From IMG/VR virus record IMGVR_UViG_3300020461_000006, positions 1-63,479 of that record: a stretch of 63,479 nucleotides of DNA. One strand, written 5' to 3'. The DNA is from a virus. Its lineage: Duplodnaviria; Caudoviricetes. The notes under the pieces were generated by a model. That model had not been told where the DNA came from and did no database searches. It was given only the letters and a program-made list of their open reading frames with translations. This document shows positions 1-10,534 of the stretch, in pieces. A program made the position numbers and the translations under genes. Position 1 is the first letter of the stretch. Every line of letters starts with the position of its first letter.

Positions 1-1130
1 CCAGCCAAACCACCAGTTGTGGCGACCTTGACGGCCTCCTTAACGTCCAGGCCTTGGGCGACACTCTCGACAAAATCCTTTGTGGCGAGATCGGATCCGT
101 TAATCGGCGCACCTGCACCAGTGATCCGAGCGCCGTTGATGTTTCGAGCGCCAGTGATCGCATCAAGGATGTTGTTGGCATTGGCTCCCACGGCCACATC
201 GCTGCCATCGATCGCAACCGTAATTTGGTTGCCCGTTGCTGGCTTGATACCTCTCAACTCAGCCCGATAAGCGCCAGACACCAAAGTCTGAGTGCTGTGG
301 ACGAGGCTTTGACCAGAAGCACCGACGTGAACAACGCTGTTCAGACCGACCAAGGCGGCCAGTGCTGCGGATGCTGTTGTCGCTCCAGTACCGCCTTGAG
401 CGATTGAAAGCGCCGTGGTCAGACCGCTCAGGGCACTGATGTCACTGTTGGCTCCTGACTTAGCCGCGCCAAGGTTGGTACGAGCATTGGCCGCAGTGTT
501 CGCACCTGTACCACCAGTACTGACTCCCAGCGGTGTGCTGCTGTTCAGGTCGTTGATATTGATATTGCTTGCGGCAACATCCAGAGTCAGTGATTGATTG
601 CTGTCGCTGTAAGTAGCACTAAGCTTGTTTGATCCAAGTTTGATTGGACGAAGCTCAAGTGTCTTTGATCCGTTGCTTTCAACTGTGACACTTGACAGGA
701 ACTCGTAAACAGTTCCACTGACGGTGTTGTTATTGGCGTTAACGACACCAGTGTTCTTAACCGTGATGTTTGCACGGTCATTTGCAGAGTCGTCAGCAAC
801 CTCAACGTTGATGCCTACGCCATCGACAAAACGGCCTTCCTGCCGGGTAGAAGATGTCGTTCCATCGTGAAAGATGGATTTCTGAACAGAAGTATTATTA
901 ACAACTGCAGCAGTAAGGGTACCGTTTGCGTCGTCGTAAGTGAAATTAAGGGTGGTGGAATCTGTAGCTAGTGCGCCACATATATCTTGAATAGCCTCCT
1001 GGACGTTGCTCCAGGTGATCTGTTTGGCTTCAGTGCTGGTCGCGCTAAGACGATCAACAATAAGCAGAATGTCATCCGCTGCCGGTACGGTCAGCGCATT
1101 CAGGTCTGTGATGTTGCGTGTTGCGACCAT
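1..1130 (-). CDS. Tail fibre protein, runs off left edge (absent from ORF track)
   Basis: ATG at 1130 overlaps the upstream stop; frame reads MVATRNITDLNAL... and stays open to the edge; fibre-type repeats GANSDISALSGLTTALSIAQGGTGATT and DLATKDFVESVAQGLDVKEAVKVATT. Confidence 0.75.
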   Translation of the reverse strand, partial: MVATRNITDLNALTVPAADDILLIVDRLSATSTEAKQITWSNVQEAIQDICGALATDSTTLNFTYDDANGTLTAAVVNNTSVQKSIFHDGTTSSTRQEGRFVDGVGINVEVADDSANDRANITVKNTGVVNANNNTVSGTVYEFLSSVTVESNGSKTLELRPIKLGSNKLSATYSDSNQSLTLDVAASNININDLNSSTPLGVSTGGTGANTAANARTNLGAAKSGANSDISALSGLTTALSIAQGGTGATTASAALAALVGLNSVVHVGASGQSLVHSTQTLVSGAYRAELRGIKPATGNQITVAIDGSDVAVGANANNILDAITGARNINGARITGAGAPINGSDLATKDFVESVAQGLDVKEAVKVATTGGLA

Positions 1131-1942
1131 TAGATGGCACCTCGTACCTTAATTTCTTTCACTACCGGTAGCGAGTTGGATGCAGATTGTTCGCGGCACC
1201 AGTAAAAAGGTCGGAGAGGACTTGCCACATTTGTATTTGTAAATGTTGCAACTAGGACACCACCTTTTTGGACAGTGACAGTACCTGAACTACCGGCACG
1301 GGTGAGCGTAAAAATCTCATCCGATGCTACCGTAATTGTACCTGAACCTGTAGTTTGAATATCAATATCTGATCCACCAATTGCATTTGCGTAGCTGGTT
1401 GCAAGCTTAATAGAGTTTGCATCCGCACTAATTACATAGTACGAAATACCGGCTGCGAGTCCTCCCGGTAGAGAACCTGTGGAGGTTACGGTTACTCGAT
1501 CACCGGTATTAAAAGGGTGGCCTGAAATGCTGAAACTGTTTGACGAGCTATCAACTGTGGTGACGTCTTTAGGCCGTGCGATCGTCGCAACTTGAGTACC
1601 TTGCACATTAACTGCAATTTTCTCAGGAGTATTAGCCAGACGACCAAAACCAACCGGATACCGGTTTGCAGACGCAGTACCGATCAATCCAGCAGTCCAT
1701 CCAGAAAGAGTATTTAGCTCAGAATCAATGGCGAATCCCACGGCAAGGTTGGATGTGCCGGAAGACAGTGAACCAGCCAGTAAACCTGGATCGATTTTAA
1801 AGGTGATTACAGCGTCTGTCGGGGACGAGGTTGGGTTTAGAAAGATCTGTGTCCCAATCGCAAAGCTAAAAGGCCGGTCTTCATTATCAGTAGGCTGACC
1901 ATTAGCTGAAGTATTGACCAGACTTGAACCAGTGACAGTCAT
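1130..1942 (-). CDS. Virion structural / tail-associated protein
   Basis: Thr/Ser/Gly-rich beta protein with the HPFNTGDRV...YYVI...IKLATS repeat domain common in cyanophage virion proteins; coupled within tail operon. Confidence 0.6.
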   Translation of the reverse strand: MTVTGSSLVNTSANGQPTDNEDRPFSFAIGTQIFLNPTSSPTDAVITFKIDPGLLAGSLSSGTSNLAVGFAIDSELNTLSGWTAGLIGTASANRYPVGFGRLANTPEKIAVNVQGTQVATIARPKDVTTVDSSSNSFSISGHPFNTGDRVTVTSTGSLPGGLAAGISYYVISADANSIKLATSYANAIGGSDIDIQTTGSGTITVASDEIFTLTRAGSSGTVTVQKGGVLVATFTNTNVASPLRPFYWCREQSASNSLPVVKEIKVRGAI

Positions 1943-4089
1943 TAGACAACCCCATTCGTGAGGTACATGTTTACAGTTGGAGCCGTCTGAACGCTGTATG
2001 CATCAGAACTGGTGGCATTGACAAGACTCATCCATTCGGCGTTGTACTCCTGCGTCGGGTCAAGCGCCGAGTAAGAAGCGTTGAATGGTTTTGCGAGAAA
2101 TACAACCTCAGACCGATAAATTGGTTTGAGTGAAGCTGCAACATTACTTGTTAAGTCAAGCTCGTAATGAGCGACAAGCGTGTCACCAGCTGCAATGCCT
2201 GACAGAACAGGCGTCGTATTCACTTTAGCTGCTTTGAGTTTGAAGCTCGTTGAACTATCAACGCTCAGTACATAGTAATTAGTAGAGCCTTTACTAATCC
2301 GCTGGCCTTCGTAAATTCGAACGTGGAACGCGTTGTCAACGGTAATAACGCCCGTTGTTGTGTTGAATGTATCTACAGAGATTGTGTCGGTAGTGATAGG
2401 GAATTCAGTAGGCGCGTCATATTCGGTGGTCAGATTCTCCCTGTATGCACTGAAAAACTCTTTTAAGTCAATATTTGCACCGCGTGCATCAACTAAGAAG
2501 CTGCAAACTTTACGTCCAGACTTGACAACACGATAATCATTGAAGCTGACGTCAAGACTTAAAAGGTCACCACTGTCGTATTGAGTGTTAACAGTCAAGA
2601 ACTCATTAGTTGGATCTTCCTGAGTAATCGCAAATTCGGTCTGTGTGCTGTCAAAGCTAGTGATCAGCTGTGGAACCAAATTGAACGGAGAAACGTAATC
2701 TCCAGTCCTGTACGGAAGGCGTCCGTTGATATGTCCTACCTCTGAAGGCGAAACCATCTCAGGATCTTTCCAGACCTCGATCTCTACAAGGTCAGACGCA
2801 CCAACATTTAAAACAAGTGGATTAGTGACTAGAAAATTATCTACCAGCTTGCCATCGTCATTGACCAACTCCTCTTTAGATCGGAGTGTCATTACGGATG
2901 TTCCAGCCCCGCTGTAGGTGCCGCCAACCACAGGGTCGATTGACGCATCAAAGCCAGCGTCGACGACCGCGATCTTGGAGCGATCGATTGTCCCACCGTC
3001 GACCAGGACGGAAGCCCCGTAACGCTCGATGAATTCAGAGCGAGCGATGTTCCCGCTGTTATTGATTTCTACCCAAATAGGAAGGCTGGGTGTTCGCAGA
3101 GAGGGAACGTCATAACTACGGGTTCCAGTTCCGCCATCCGATTCGGAAAGATCGTTTCTTACAGCAGTGTCGGCAAGGATCAACTCATGGGCAAGGATCC
3201 AGCGAGCACGCGGAATTTGTGTAATTGAAGTGGGAAGATCCTCATCTTCATCAACAAGAAAACAGTAGAACTTGACATCAGATGCCCCGTACCATCCCCA
3301 TTCCACAAGCCACATGTGTGCCTTGGATAGGTCTAAATTTGCCTTCGATTTACCGGTGCCGTCTAAAGGATCTCCTGTCCATTCAGATCGTGGAACCCTG
3401 GTTTCGTAACGCAGTCCATTGCCTGCACTATTTCTATACAGGATCTGCAGGCGGTCACCAACACCATCGCCTGAGCATTCAACAAAGAAGCCATCGTTAG
3501 TGTCGCCGACACCCCAGAGACGAGTGACGCTGACCGGGGTCTCCTGGACAGACATCTTGACTGCCAGGCTTGCGCGAACGATGCGTCCCGGCTGATAGCG
3601 ATACCGTTTCTTAGTACAGATACGCGCACGCTGGAAACCACCGTCGTTGCTGTTTAGAAAAAGCTGTGCGGAGCTTGCGGATGCGTTGTATTTGACTTCA
3701 CCATCTGGTGAAGGCGTGTAGATAGCACTAACTTTAGATTGCTGTGTCCAGCGTGCTGACTGGGTGCCGTCTAACTGCGGGCGCTCATTCAGACCCGTAA
3801 CATCAAAAATCCAATCTTCCTCGGTCAGCTCGTATGCATCATTACGAGTGAGGAAGTTGTAGGGCGTAGTAACACGCGGAAAACCAAGAAGGTCACGATC
3901 GACCTCCGTGGTATTTCGGTAATTATCAATGATGGGGTATGTGTAGCCTTCCCTCGGCAGAACAGTGGGAACGCTTTTGTCACCTGTGGTTTGACCGGCT
4001 GGGAATTCTGATGCGGCCTGAACCTCTTTCCCGTTCCGAGTAACGGATTTTTGCCCGATATCCTCAGGTAGTTGGTAGGCCGTGGTCAT
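1942..4089 (-). CDS. Large virion structural protein (paralogue of 4089-5705)
   Basis: Likely start MTTAYQL at a TGATG overlap (4089); motifs DLLGFPRV, TKKRYRYQPGR, EWGWYG, PSLRTPSLP. Confidence 0.65.
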   Translation of the reverse strand: MTTAYQLPEDIGQKSVTRNGKEVQAASEFPAGQTTGDKSVPTVLPREGYTYPIIDNYRNTTEVDRDLLGFPRVTTPYNFLTRNDAYELTEEDWIFDVTGLNERPQLDGTQSARWTQQSKVSAIYTPSPDGEVKYNASASSAQLFLNSNDGGFQRARICTKKRYRYQPGRIVRASLAVKMSVQETPVSVTRLWGVGDTNDGFFVECSGDGVGDRLQILYRNSAGNGLRYETRVPRSEWTGDPLDGTGKSKANLDLSKAHMWLVEWGWYGASDVKFYCFLVDEDEDLPTSITQIPRARWILAHELILADTAVRNDLSESDGGTGTRSYDVPSLRTPSLPIWVEINNSGNIARSEFIERYGASVLVDGGTIDRSKIAVVDAGFDASIDPVVGGTYSGAGTSVMTLRSKEELVNDDGKLVDNFLVTNPLVLNVGASDLVEIEVWKDPEMVSPSEVGHINGRLPYRTGDYVSPFNLVPQLITSFDSTQTEFAITQEDPTNEFLTVNTQYDSGDLLSLDVSFNDYRVVKSGRKVCSFLVDARGANIDLKEFFSAYRENLTTEYDAPTEFPITTDTISVDTFNTTTGVITVDNAFHVRIYEGQRISKGSTNYYVLSVDSSTSFKLKAAKVNTTPVLSGIAAGDTLVAHYELDLTSNVAASLKPIYRSEVVFLAKPFNASYSALDPTQEYNAEWMSLVNATSSDAYSVQTAPTVNMYLTNGVV

Positions 4090-5705
4090 CAGCGTTGTCC
4101 CCAAGTAATACTTGCTTTGGCGGTATTAGACGCGTTGTCAATCGAGCGAACTGCGATGACCAGGACATCACCGGCAACTCCAGAAGCTGCGGTGGATTCA
4201 CGCGTCAGGTACTGACGTGCGAACGAGAAGATATCCGTTAGGTCAACAGTGTCAGCATCGGCATCACCTGTGAAGAAGCTCGCCAACTGCTCACCACCTG
4301 TGAATGCAGCAATGGCATTAGAAGCAGATGTCGGATCGTTGGTCTCAATGGCAGACAACGTTCCAGTACTTGTGAAGGTGGTTACGGGATTAGAAGACGC
4401 GTCGGTCATCGTTGCTGGGTTTTTTACCAGTAGGAACTGCGCCCTGTGTGAGCTGACCATGGACAGCATCAGTGGGAATACCCGCAGCAGGTTGCGCTTC
4501 GACTCACCCTGGTTGTTGGTGATGTTTTCTTTGATTCGAAGAGCCAGGAGAGGCTTGAAGTTGCTTGTTCCCACACCCGTGGCTTTGGCACCGTCCTTGC
4601 TGAAGACGGAAAGCTTGCTGTAGTCACCGCCATCAATACTGATCTGGCTGCCGTACTTACGCAGATAGCTGTTGGCAGAGATGGTGCCTGTCTTCTCGAT
4701 GCGGAATTGCATCGGAAGGGTTGGGTTACCCAGAGAGGGGTAGGGGATCCTGTCGCTGCAATTGAGGTTGTGCGCGATCACCCAACGAGCAGTCTTTGCC
4801 GTTTCGCCGGAGGGGAGGTTCGCATCTACAGGGACGTAGAACATCAAGCGTGCGCCTGTTCCGCCGTACCAGCCGAACTCAATACGACACATCGCCAGGT
4901 TCGTCAGGCTCAGCTTGTGAGTCGACGACGTGTCAGCAGAACCGAGAATCGCAGCTCCATCCTCGCCAACCATGGTGTCGCCGTTCCAATAACGACGAGG
5001 AACGATCTCCTCCATGATTGTCGGGGAGCTTGACACCAGCTTGTAGATGGTGCCGAGATCGGTACGACCAGGCTGAGCAGTTAGGACTGCAGCGTCAACA
5101 GTGAAGGTTGTGGGATCAGTGCCCTGCGCGGTGTATCCGTTGAGGTGGTCCTGGGGACGCTCACCAGAGGATGTCCGACGCACGAAGTACAGCTCATCAC
5201 CGACCACTCGAACGAAGTAGCCATCGGTGGCATCGAACATGCCGTACTCGATAACCGCATTTGCATCGCGGCTCATCGACACACCAAAGGAAGCACTCGT
5301 AATGCGACCGGTTTGGTACGGGAAGCTCTGCTTAGTAATCAGGCTGGCGATGTTGCCGTTAGAGGCAGACGGGGTCAACAACACCTCAGCAGCCGATTGC
5401 TGCAGCAGGTGATTGACCTGGGTTACGCGACTTCCACCAGTGGTTTGCTCATTCTTCGCCCAGATGTTTGGGTCGATATCAATGAGGTTCGTGTCATCAA
5501 AGATCGCCAGGGGCGTCTGTACACGGGGAATGCCCAGCAGATCATCACGGACCTGTGATGGGGCAGAGAGGTTGTCAAGAATCGGGATCGGACTTTGATC
5601 CGAAGCGACAACAACAGGAATGGAATTAGCGCTAGTTGCTTGACCAGCAGGAATAGGCGTAGTTTTGCCTACTGTGATTACACTTACGCCTTCTTCAACA
5701 GACAT
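4089..5705 (-). CDS. Large virion structural protein (paralogue of 1942-4089)
   Basis: Motifs DLLGIPRV, TKQSFPYQTGR, EFGWYG, PSLGNPTLP shared with the neighbouring gene. Confidence 0.65.
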   Translation of the reverse strand: MSVEEGVSVITVGKTTPIPAGQATSANSIPVVVASDQSPIPILDNLSAPSQVRDDLLGIPRVQTPLAIFDDTNLIDIDPNIWAKNEQTTGGSRVTQVNHLLQQSAAEVLLTPSASNGNIASLITKQSFPYQTGRITSASFGVSMSRDANAVIEYGMFDATDGYFVRVVGDELYFVRRTSSGERPQDHLNGYTAQGTDPTTFTVDAAVLTAQPGRTDLGTIYKLVSSSPTIMEEIVPRRYWNGDTMVGEDGAAILGSADTSSTHKLSLTNLAMCRIEFGWYGGTGARLMFYVPVDANLPSGETAKTARWVIAHNLNCSDRIPYPSLGNPTLPMQFRIEKTGTISANSYLRKYGSQISIDGGDYSKLSVFSKDGAKATGVGTSNFKPLLALRIKENITNNQGESKRNLLRVFPLMLSMVSSHRAQFLLVKNPATMTDASSNPVTTFTSTGTLSAIETNDPTSASNAIAAFTGGEQLASFFTGDADADTVDLTDIFSFARQYLTRESTAASGVAGDVLVIAVRSIDNASNTAKASITWGQR

Positions 5706-5717
5706 TAGGGATTACCT

Positions 5718-6440
5718 TCAGCTGACAGAATCTCTAGAAATACGAGGAATGACTTCCAGCGTGCCTACTGCGAGGGTATCCTCTTTGTACACACTGATTG
5801 TACCCTGGGTGGAACCTGCCGAGAATGCAGGTGAACCTGCGGTTGTTGGTTCAATCTCAAAAATTGTGGAGCTAATAATCGACAATTTATTGGGATAGAA
5901 GTTGACACCGTCATAGACGCTTTGACCAGTTCCGGTGAGAAGGATCTGATCTTCGCTAGTTAGTTTATGCGCCGCAGAAGTTGTAATGCGGACCTTGTTT
6001 ACAGTGCCGCCACCTGAGCTAGTAAAAGAACTTCCAGAGGTAATGCTCTGGATTGTCGCTTGATTTACGGTGAAATACTCTCTGAGATCCCAGAGATATA
6101 CACCCTGCTGTTCATCAGTGACGTCAATGCCAGTAGCAATACCACTAACGTTGATGCCACGGTCGGTGTAGCCAAGAGGGACATTTCTACCAAGCGCTTC
6201 GGTTTGACGGCTCGTCAACTTGAGCTGTAATTGTCCTTGGGCTGGATCCAACTCGACAATGCCAAACGAATCAACCGCAGAAACGGGGTTCGTGTTGTCA
6301 TTGAAGAAACGACGAATATCCGCAACAAGGACGGAATTGCTGTAGTTGTAAGGAGTGCCCCAAGGACGCTCAATATTTAGATACAGCTCGTCAAAAGAAT
6401 CGCCTTCTCTTACGGTGACGTTAATACTGTCCAGTGCCAT
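5718..6440 (-). CDS. Tail/baseplate-associated beta-sandwich protein
   Basis: N-terminus (INVTVREGDSF...ADIRR...LKLTSRQTEAL...YLWDL) resembles 60793-61131; tail operon context. Confidence 0.5.
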   Translation of the reverse strand: MALDSINVTVREGDSFDELYLNIERPWGTPYNYSNSVLVADIRRFFNDNTNPVSAVDSFGIVELDPAQGQLQLKLTSRQTEALGRNVPLGYTDRGINVSGIATGIDVTDEQQGVYLWDLREYFTVNQATIQSITSGSSFTSSGGGTVNKVRITTSAAHKLTSEDQILLTGTGQSVYDGVNFYPNKLSIISSTIFEIEPTTAGSPAFSAGSTQGTISVYKEDTLAVGTLEVIPRISRDSVS

Positions 6441-6442
6441 TT

Positions 6443-7189
6443 CTATTTAGCTAGAAGCTTATTGATCAGGCGCTGCTGGGGTGTACCCGGAACTTCCATG
6501 ACAGGGTCAGGAAGTTGACCAGATTGCGCTCTTTCTAACTTTAACTGATGCAGCTTTAAAACAGATTGGTAGTAGTTATCATTTAGTGCTCTCAATCGCT
6601 GGTTCTCAAGCTCAAGCGTATCGATTCGCTCCTGTAGAGGCGCTGGAGGAACCGGGACATGTTTGACAACAGTACGAACTTCAGGAGTATTGGCTTCGGA
6701 CAACTTGGCAATATGTTGATCCCTTTGTACTAGAACGGTCTCCATATCACGCTTGTGTTGCTCAAACTTCTGTCGTAGTTGCTCTTCGCGAAGTTTGATT
6801 TCAGCGATCTCGCGTTCTTGCTTTTCTGCAAGTTCCAATGCTTCTGCTAATTCTGTGGCGAGTCGGCGCACTTGTACGCGATCAACCGACGTAGATACTT
6901 TTTCTGGTTCGGGGGCGTGTGCCTGACCGTTAGGCGTAATATCGATTTCGCCGTAATTGGGGATAGTCCACCGCAGTGTGAAATCTGTCCTGCGGGTGTC
7001 ACCTAAGCTTTTGAAACCAACGTTATAAAATACGCCAGCCGGGGTAGGGAGAAGATCGAAATCGATTGCTCCGTCAACAACGTCATAATGCTGTTCATAA
7101 CGCTCACATCCAAAGAAAGGAACCGAAGGCTGGACAGCCAAGATTCCGCTTCGATGATCTTCAAATAGCAGACCATACACACGGGTCAT
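6443..7189 (-). CDS. Hypothetical protein with C-terminal coiled coil
   Basis: 248 aa ORF tightly packed in operon; heptad-rich C-terminal half. Confidence 0.6.
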   Translation of the reverse strand: MTRVYGLLFEDHRSGILAVQPSVPFFGCERYEQHYDVVDGAIDFDLLPTPAGVFYNVGFKSLGDTRRTDFTLRWTIPNYGEIDITPNGQAHAPEPEKVSTSVDRVQVRRLATELAEALELAEKQEREIAEIKLREEQLRQKFEQHKRDMETVLVQRDQHIAKLSEANTPEVRTVVKHVPVPPAPLQERIDTLELENQRLRALNDNYYQSVLKLHQLKLERAQSGQLPDPVMEVPGTPQQRLINKLLAK

Positions 7190-7191
7190 GA

Positions 7192-7605
7192 CTAGATCTC
7201 CCGATAACTAACAGTCACAGTGATGTCAGCTGCGCCCGTTTTATTAATCATCAGCTTGTCGCCTGATGCTGTCTCGAACAGACCCAGCTCGTTTGATAAA
7301 GCGACAGTGCCGTTGATCGGTAGGTAAAGACTTTCAGCCACAACAGCTGTAGAAGCACCAGTTTCAAATTTGACCGAACAAGCTGCAGCAGCGCTGATCG
7401 TTAAGCTAAGAACTCGAATCTTCTTAGCGGAGACAGCAGCTACGAGGTCAGAGGTAAGAGTTGCAGCTAGCTGGGTAACAGTTGCAAACTTCACTTCGTC
7501 AGAGAAGACGTCGTGAAATGTCAGATAGCCATTTGTAGTAGAGCCCGCCCCCGTGCCACGGATGTAGGCATCGTTCCCGTTGGCATCGCGTCCGTATAGC
7601 GCCAT
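7192..7605 (-). CDS. Small virion structural protein
   Basis: 137 aa beta-rich ORF translationally coupled in tail operon. Confidence 0.55.
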   Translation of the reverse strand: MALYGRDANGNDAYIRGTGAGSTTNGYLTFHDVFSDEVKFATVTQLAATLTSDLVAAVSAKKIRVLSLTISAAAACSVKFETGASTAVVAESLYLPINGTVALSNELGLFETASGDKLMINKTGAADITVTVSYREI

Positions 7606-7955
7606 CAGATAAAGGACAGGAGGATGATGTTATTCAAACTTTCGAAGTCAGCAACCATGCTGAATACAAGAAAGTTGCCGGAGGTAATGAATGGAGTTTT
7701 AGTTCCATCTCTTAAAACCGCCCGTATTCTAACTGTAGCGTTTTCGAAATGTTCAGCTGGGAATTCTACCCTTGGCGTCCTAGGATTTCCTACTGAAAGC
7801 CACTCTAATTCATCCTGATCATATCTATCGACTTCATAGTGATCGATATTTGGATCAGGAAGGCTGTCAACAAAAAGTGCTCCTGGACATACTGGATCTA
7901 GAGCAGCGTATGGAATTATTGATGGAGGTTCCCACTCAGCGACGATTGTTCTCAT
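7605..7955 (-). CDS. Fibronectin-III-like tail protein
   Basis: WEPP...HYEV...W...VRIRAV pattern typical of FN3; directly follows tail tip J. Confidence 0.45.
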   Translation of the reverse strand: MRTIVAEWEPPSIIPYAALDPVCPGALFVDSLPDPNIDHYEVDRYDQDELEWLSVGNPRTPRVEFPAEHFENATVRIRAVLRDGTKTPFITSGNFLVFSMVADFESLNNIILLSFI

Positions 7956-10534
7956 GTCTCAAGATTCCTAATACTAAAGTTGATCTTTTTGGGATTGAGG
8001 CCTGGATTTTTGTTTCTTTTGTATGAGGTTGTTGCCTTGCCGTAATCCAGCTCCTGGTTGTCATCCACATAATCCCATTTGTCGTGCGTGTAGGAAACGC
8101 CAGTGACTTCATACACACCGTTACTGTTTTCTTTCACAGATTGGACTCTGTAGCGACGGAACACGTTCTCGTCATCTTCATTAACAAGGATCCACATTTG
8201 ATTAGTAGTTGGTATATTGTTAAATCCAGAAACCGTAAAGGCGCTTCCCGCAATATTTTTTACATGCGATCTCTCCGCTATACCTGAATTGCCATAGATA
8301 TAGAGATACCAGCTACCTGAGGACAGGTCAACTCCAGTAATATCTCTGTCGACGATTACACTGTTTGTGCTACCTGCGACGATCCTTCCACCGCCAGTGA
8401 TGCGAGTCTTCAGTGGATCAGCGATCAGGCAGATATCACCGGGAAGAAGCATTGCTCCTTCAGTACCAACAGAGAACGACACAGTTTCAGTGTTGAGCTG
8501 ATTGCTGCCAAGGATATAGCGACCAAGTCGTCTTGCCTGTTCACGGCTAGTACATCCCAATGCGCGGATTGTTTTCTGGTTATAGCCATAGCGTTCTATA
8601 GCCACACGATCTTCGATGCTTTCCTTTAACTCTGTATAAAACTCTCTAGGCTCGACGTAGCTAACCTCTACAGCAGTTGTGCGTGCTCGTCGAGCTGTAC
8701 CTTCGTAGACAAAACACGGTTCAGTAACCTCGCCGCTGTCATCAGTTTCTTGGATGACATTAGCTTCTGAGTAAAGGCGAAAATATTCCCTGTCTGATCC
8801 TTCCAGCTTCTTATCGATGATGAGCGAGACGTAGCCCCCTGCGTAAATCAGACTGCCTTGGAAAGTTGCAGCTACGGAACGGATTAGATCTAATGCATCG
8901 GACTTTCGATTGACGTAGGCGTTAAAAGTTATCTTTTTATCATCGCAGTATTCTGCAGCTTTACGGAATGAACCTAAATCAATATCGTTTAGAGCAATGC
9001 CTGGCTCGACAACCTTATCTCCTTTTTTCTTGAGTTCATATTCACGCAAACCACATCCGTAGCGGGGGTTTGTCAAGAGATCTAGAAGCACATAGGCAGG
9101 ATTATCACTCCAGGCATAGCTGACGACAAGATTGGAATTGAGAGTGGGAACTTTTATACCTCTAAATAGACCTTGCACAGAGGGCATCTGCGTAAATTCT
9201 CCAACGTCATATCTAAGGCCGAGCAAAGCACTATTGGGATACACAAGATCTTCTTCCCAAAACACGTCTGCAGAAACAAACTGCACGTCGCCCTTCACCC
9301 ATGTGAATGAGTATTGGTTCGCACCGCCTTCATGCGACTCTGGGTCGGGTATAGGCCCTTTATCAAGCCTGACCAAGGACATTGAGACCGGCATTGCTGC
9401 CCCTGATATGTCAATGTCAGGTATGTCGTAGACCTTTCTTGCTTTTAATGGGCCATGATCTCTAACTTCCTCGTTGTAGAGGATGTTTCCGTTAGCATCT
9501 TGCACTCTGATATTCCAGCGGAGAAACTGTTGAGCTTCACTTGGAAGGTTCATGTCACTATGTGACTTTTTATCGTATCTTTCATAGCTTGTGCTCGCTT
9601 CGCCACCACTTTTGGGGCTGCTTTGTTTGACCTGATAACTAGGTCCACGAAGGATTCTTAGCTGTAGTTTGTCTGCATCTGGTTGGTTGAATGAACGAAT
9701 AATTTGAGGGTTTGGGTCATTCTCAGGAGATGGCTGAAGTGTCGCACCGATGCCAACATGGAAACCTGCTGAATCAATCTTGGTAATTACTTTGTCAGTT
9801 TGTGTGCCATCTGTAATCTTGATGAGATCTACGGAACTGGCACCTGATTGCAGGCCGTTGAAATAGATATCCTTATTCGCATTGCCAGATGCTAAGCCTT
9901 CAATCTGACCTTCAGAAATGATCTGAAGAATATGGCCTTGCTCTTTATCGATATAGGAGGAAATGACAGGCATGTTCTGAACCAAAAACTCCCCATACAG
10001 AAGAGGAATCGCTGTCCCCTGACTAGATGTAGCGGTACCCCCAGCAAACACAGCGTCATCAGCTTCGCGTCCTTCTTGTTTTCCACCCTCCGGTACGCCA
10101 GGCGCGAATATGCCTGCAATGCCTGTAAATATCAGCCCCATACCAAGGCTGAATGCTGCCATCTTCATGCCATATGAAATTGTTCCGACAGCACCATATG
10201 TAATACCAAACGCGCCCATAGAGATCGCGACGAGTAATGCGCCAACAAGAATCAGTCCAATATTTTTAAAACTAAAATTAAGGGCACCAGTGATGACGGG
10301 GACAAGGGAGAAACTAGAACAATTAAGACCAAGTCCCTCGTAGTCAACCCTATCCTGATTGTTAGTAATTACTTGGAAGAAGATACCGTGTTCGTGAGCG
10401 CAGGTGAGAAACTCACGAAACCCTGGAATTAATTGGCATAGAGCACGGAGCGCCTCATTAGGATTACGCACAGCAAGGTTGTGCTCGCGACCAAAACGCT
10501 TACCAGCTACTCCTTCCAGGGTGATCTTCATCAT
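7952..10534 (-). CDS. Tail tip protein: lambda gpI-like N-terminus fused to gpJ-like central tail protein
   Basis: N-terminal LEGVAGKRFGR..EALRALC..PGF..VPVITGA and QGTAIPLLYGE (gpI); then ISEGQIEG, YPNSALLG, WSDNPAYVLLDLLTNPRYG, GCTSREQARRLGR, LLPGDI (gpJ). Confidence 0.9.
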   Translation of the reverse strand: MMKITLEGVAGKRFGREHNLAVRNPNEALRALCQLIPGFREFLTCAHEHGIFFQVITNNQDRVDYEGLGLNCSSFSLVPVITGALNFSFKNIGLILVGALLVAISMGAFGITYGAVGTISYGMKMAAFSLGMGLIFTGIAGIFAPGVPEGGKQEGREADDAVFAGGTATSSQGTAIPLLYGEFLVQNMPVISSYIDKEQGHILQIISEGQIEGLASGNANKDIYFNGLQSGASSVDLIKITDGTQTDKVITKIDSAGFHVGIGATLQPSPENDPNPQIIRSFNQPDADKLQLRILRGPSYQVKQSSPKSGGEASTSYERYDKKSHSDMNLPSEAQQFLRWNIRVQDANGNILYNEEVRDHGPLKARKVYDIPDIDISGAAMPVSMSLVRLDKGPIPDPESHEGGANQYSFTWVKGDVQFVSADVFWEEDLVYPNSALLGLRYDVGEFTQMPSVQGLFRGIKVPTLNSNLVVSYAWSDNPAYVLLDLLTNPRYGCGLREYELKKKGDKVVEPGIALNDIDLGSFRKAAEYCDDKKITFNAYVNRKSDALDLIRSVAATFQGSLIYAGGYVSLIIDKKLEGSDREYFRLYSEANVIQETDDSGEVTEPCFVYEGTARRARTTAVEVSYVEPREFYTELKESIEDRVAIERYGYNQKTIRALGCTSREQARRLGRYILGSNQLNTETVSFSVGTEGAMLLPGDICLIADPLKTRITGGGRIVAGSTNSVIVDRDITGVDLSSGSWYLYIYGNSGIAERSHVKNIAGSAFTVSGFNNIPTTNQMWILVNEDDENVFRRYRVQSVKENSNGVYEVTGVSYTHDKWDYVDDNQELDYGKATTSYKRNKNPGLNPKKINFSIRNLET

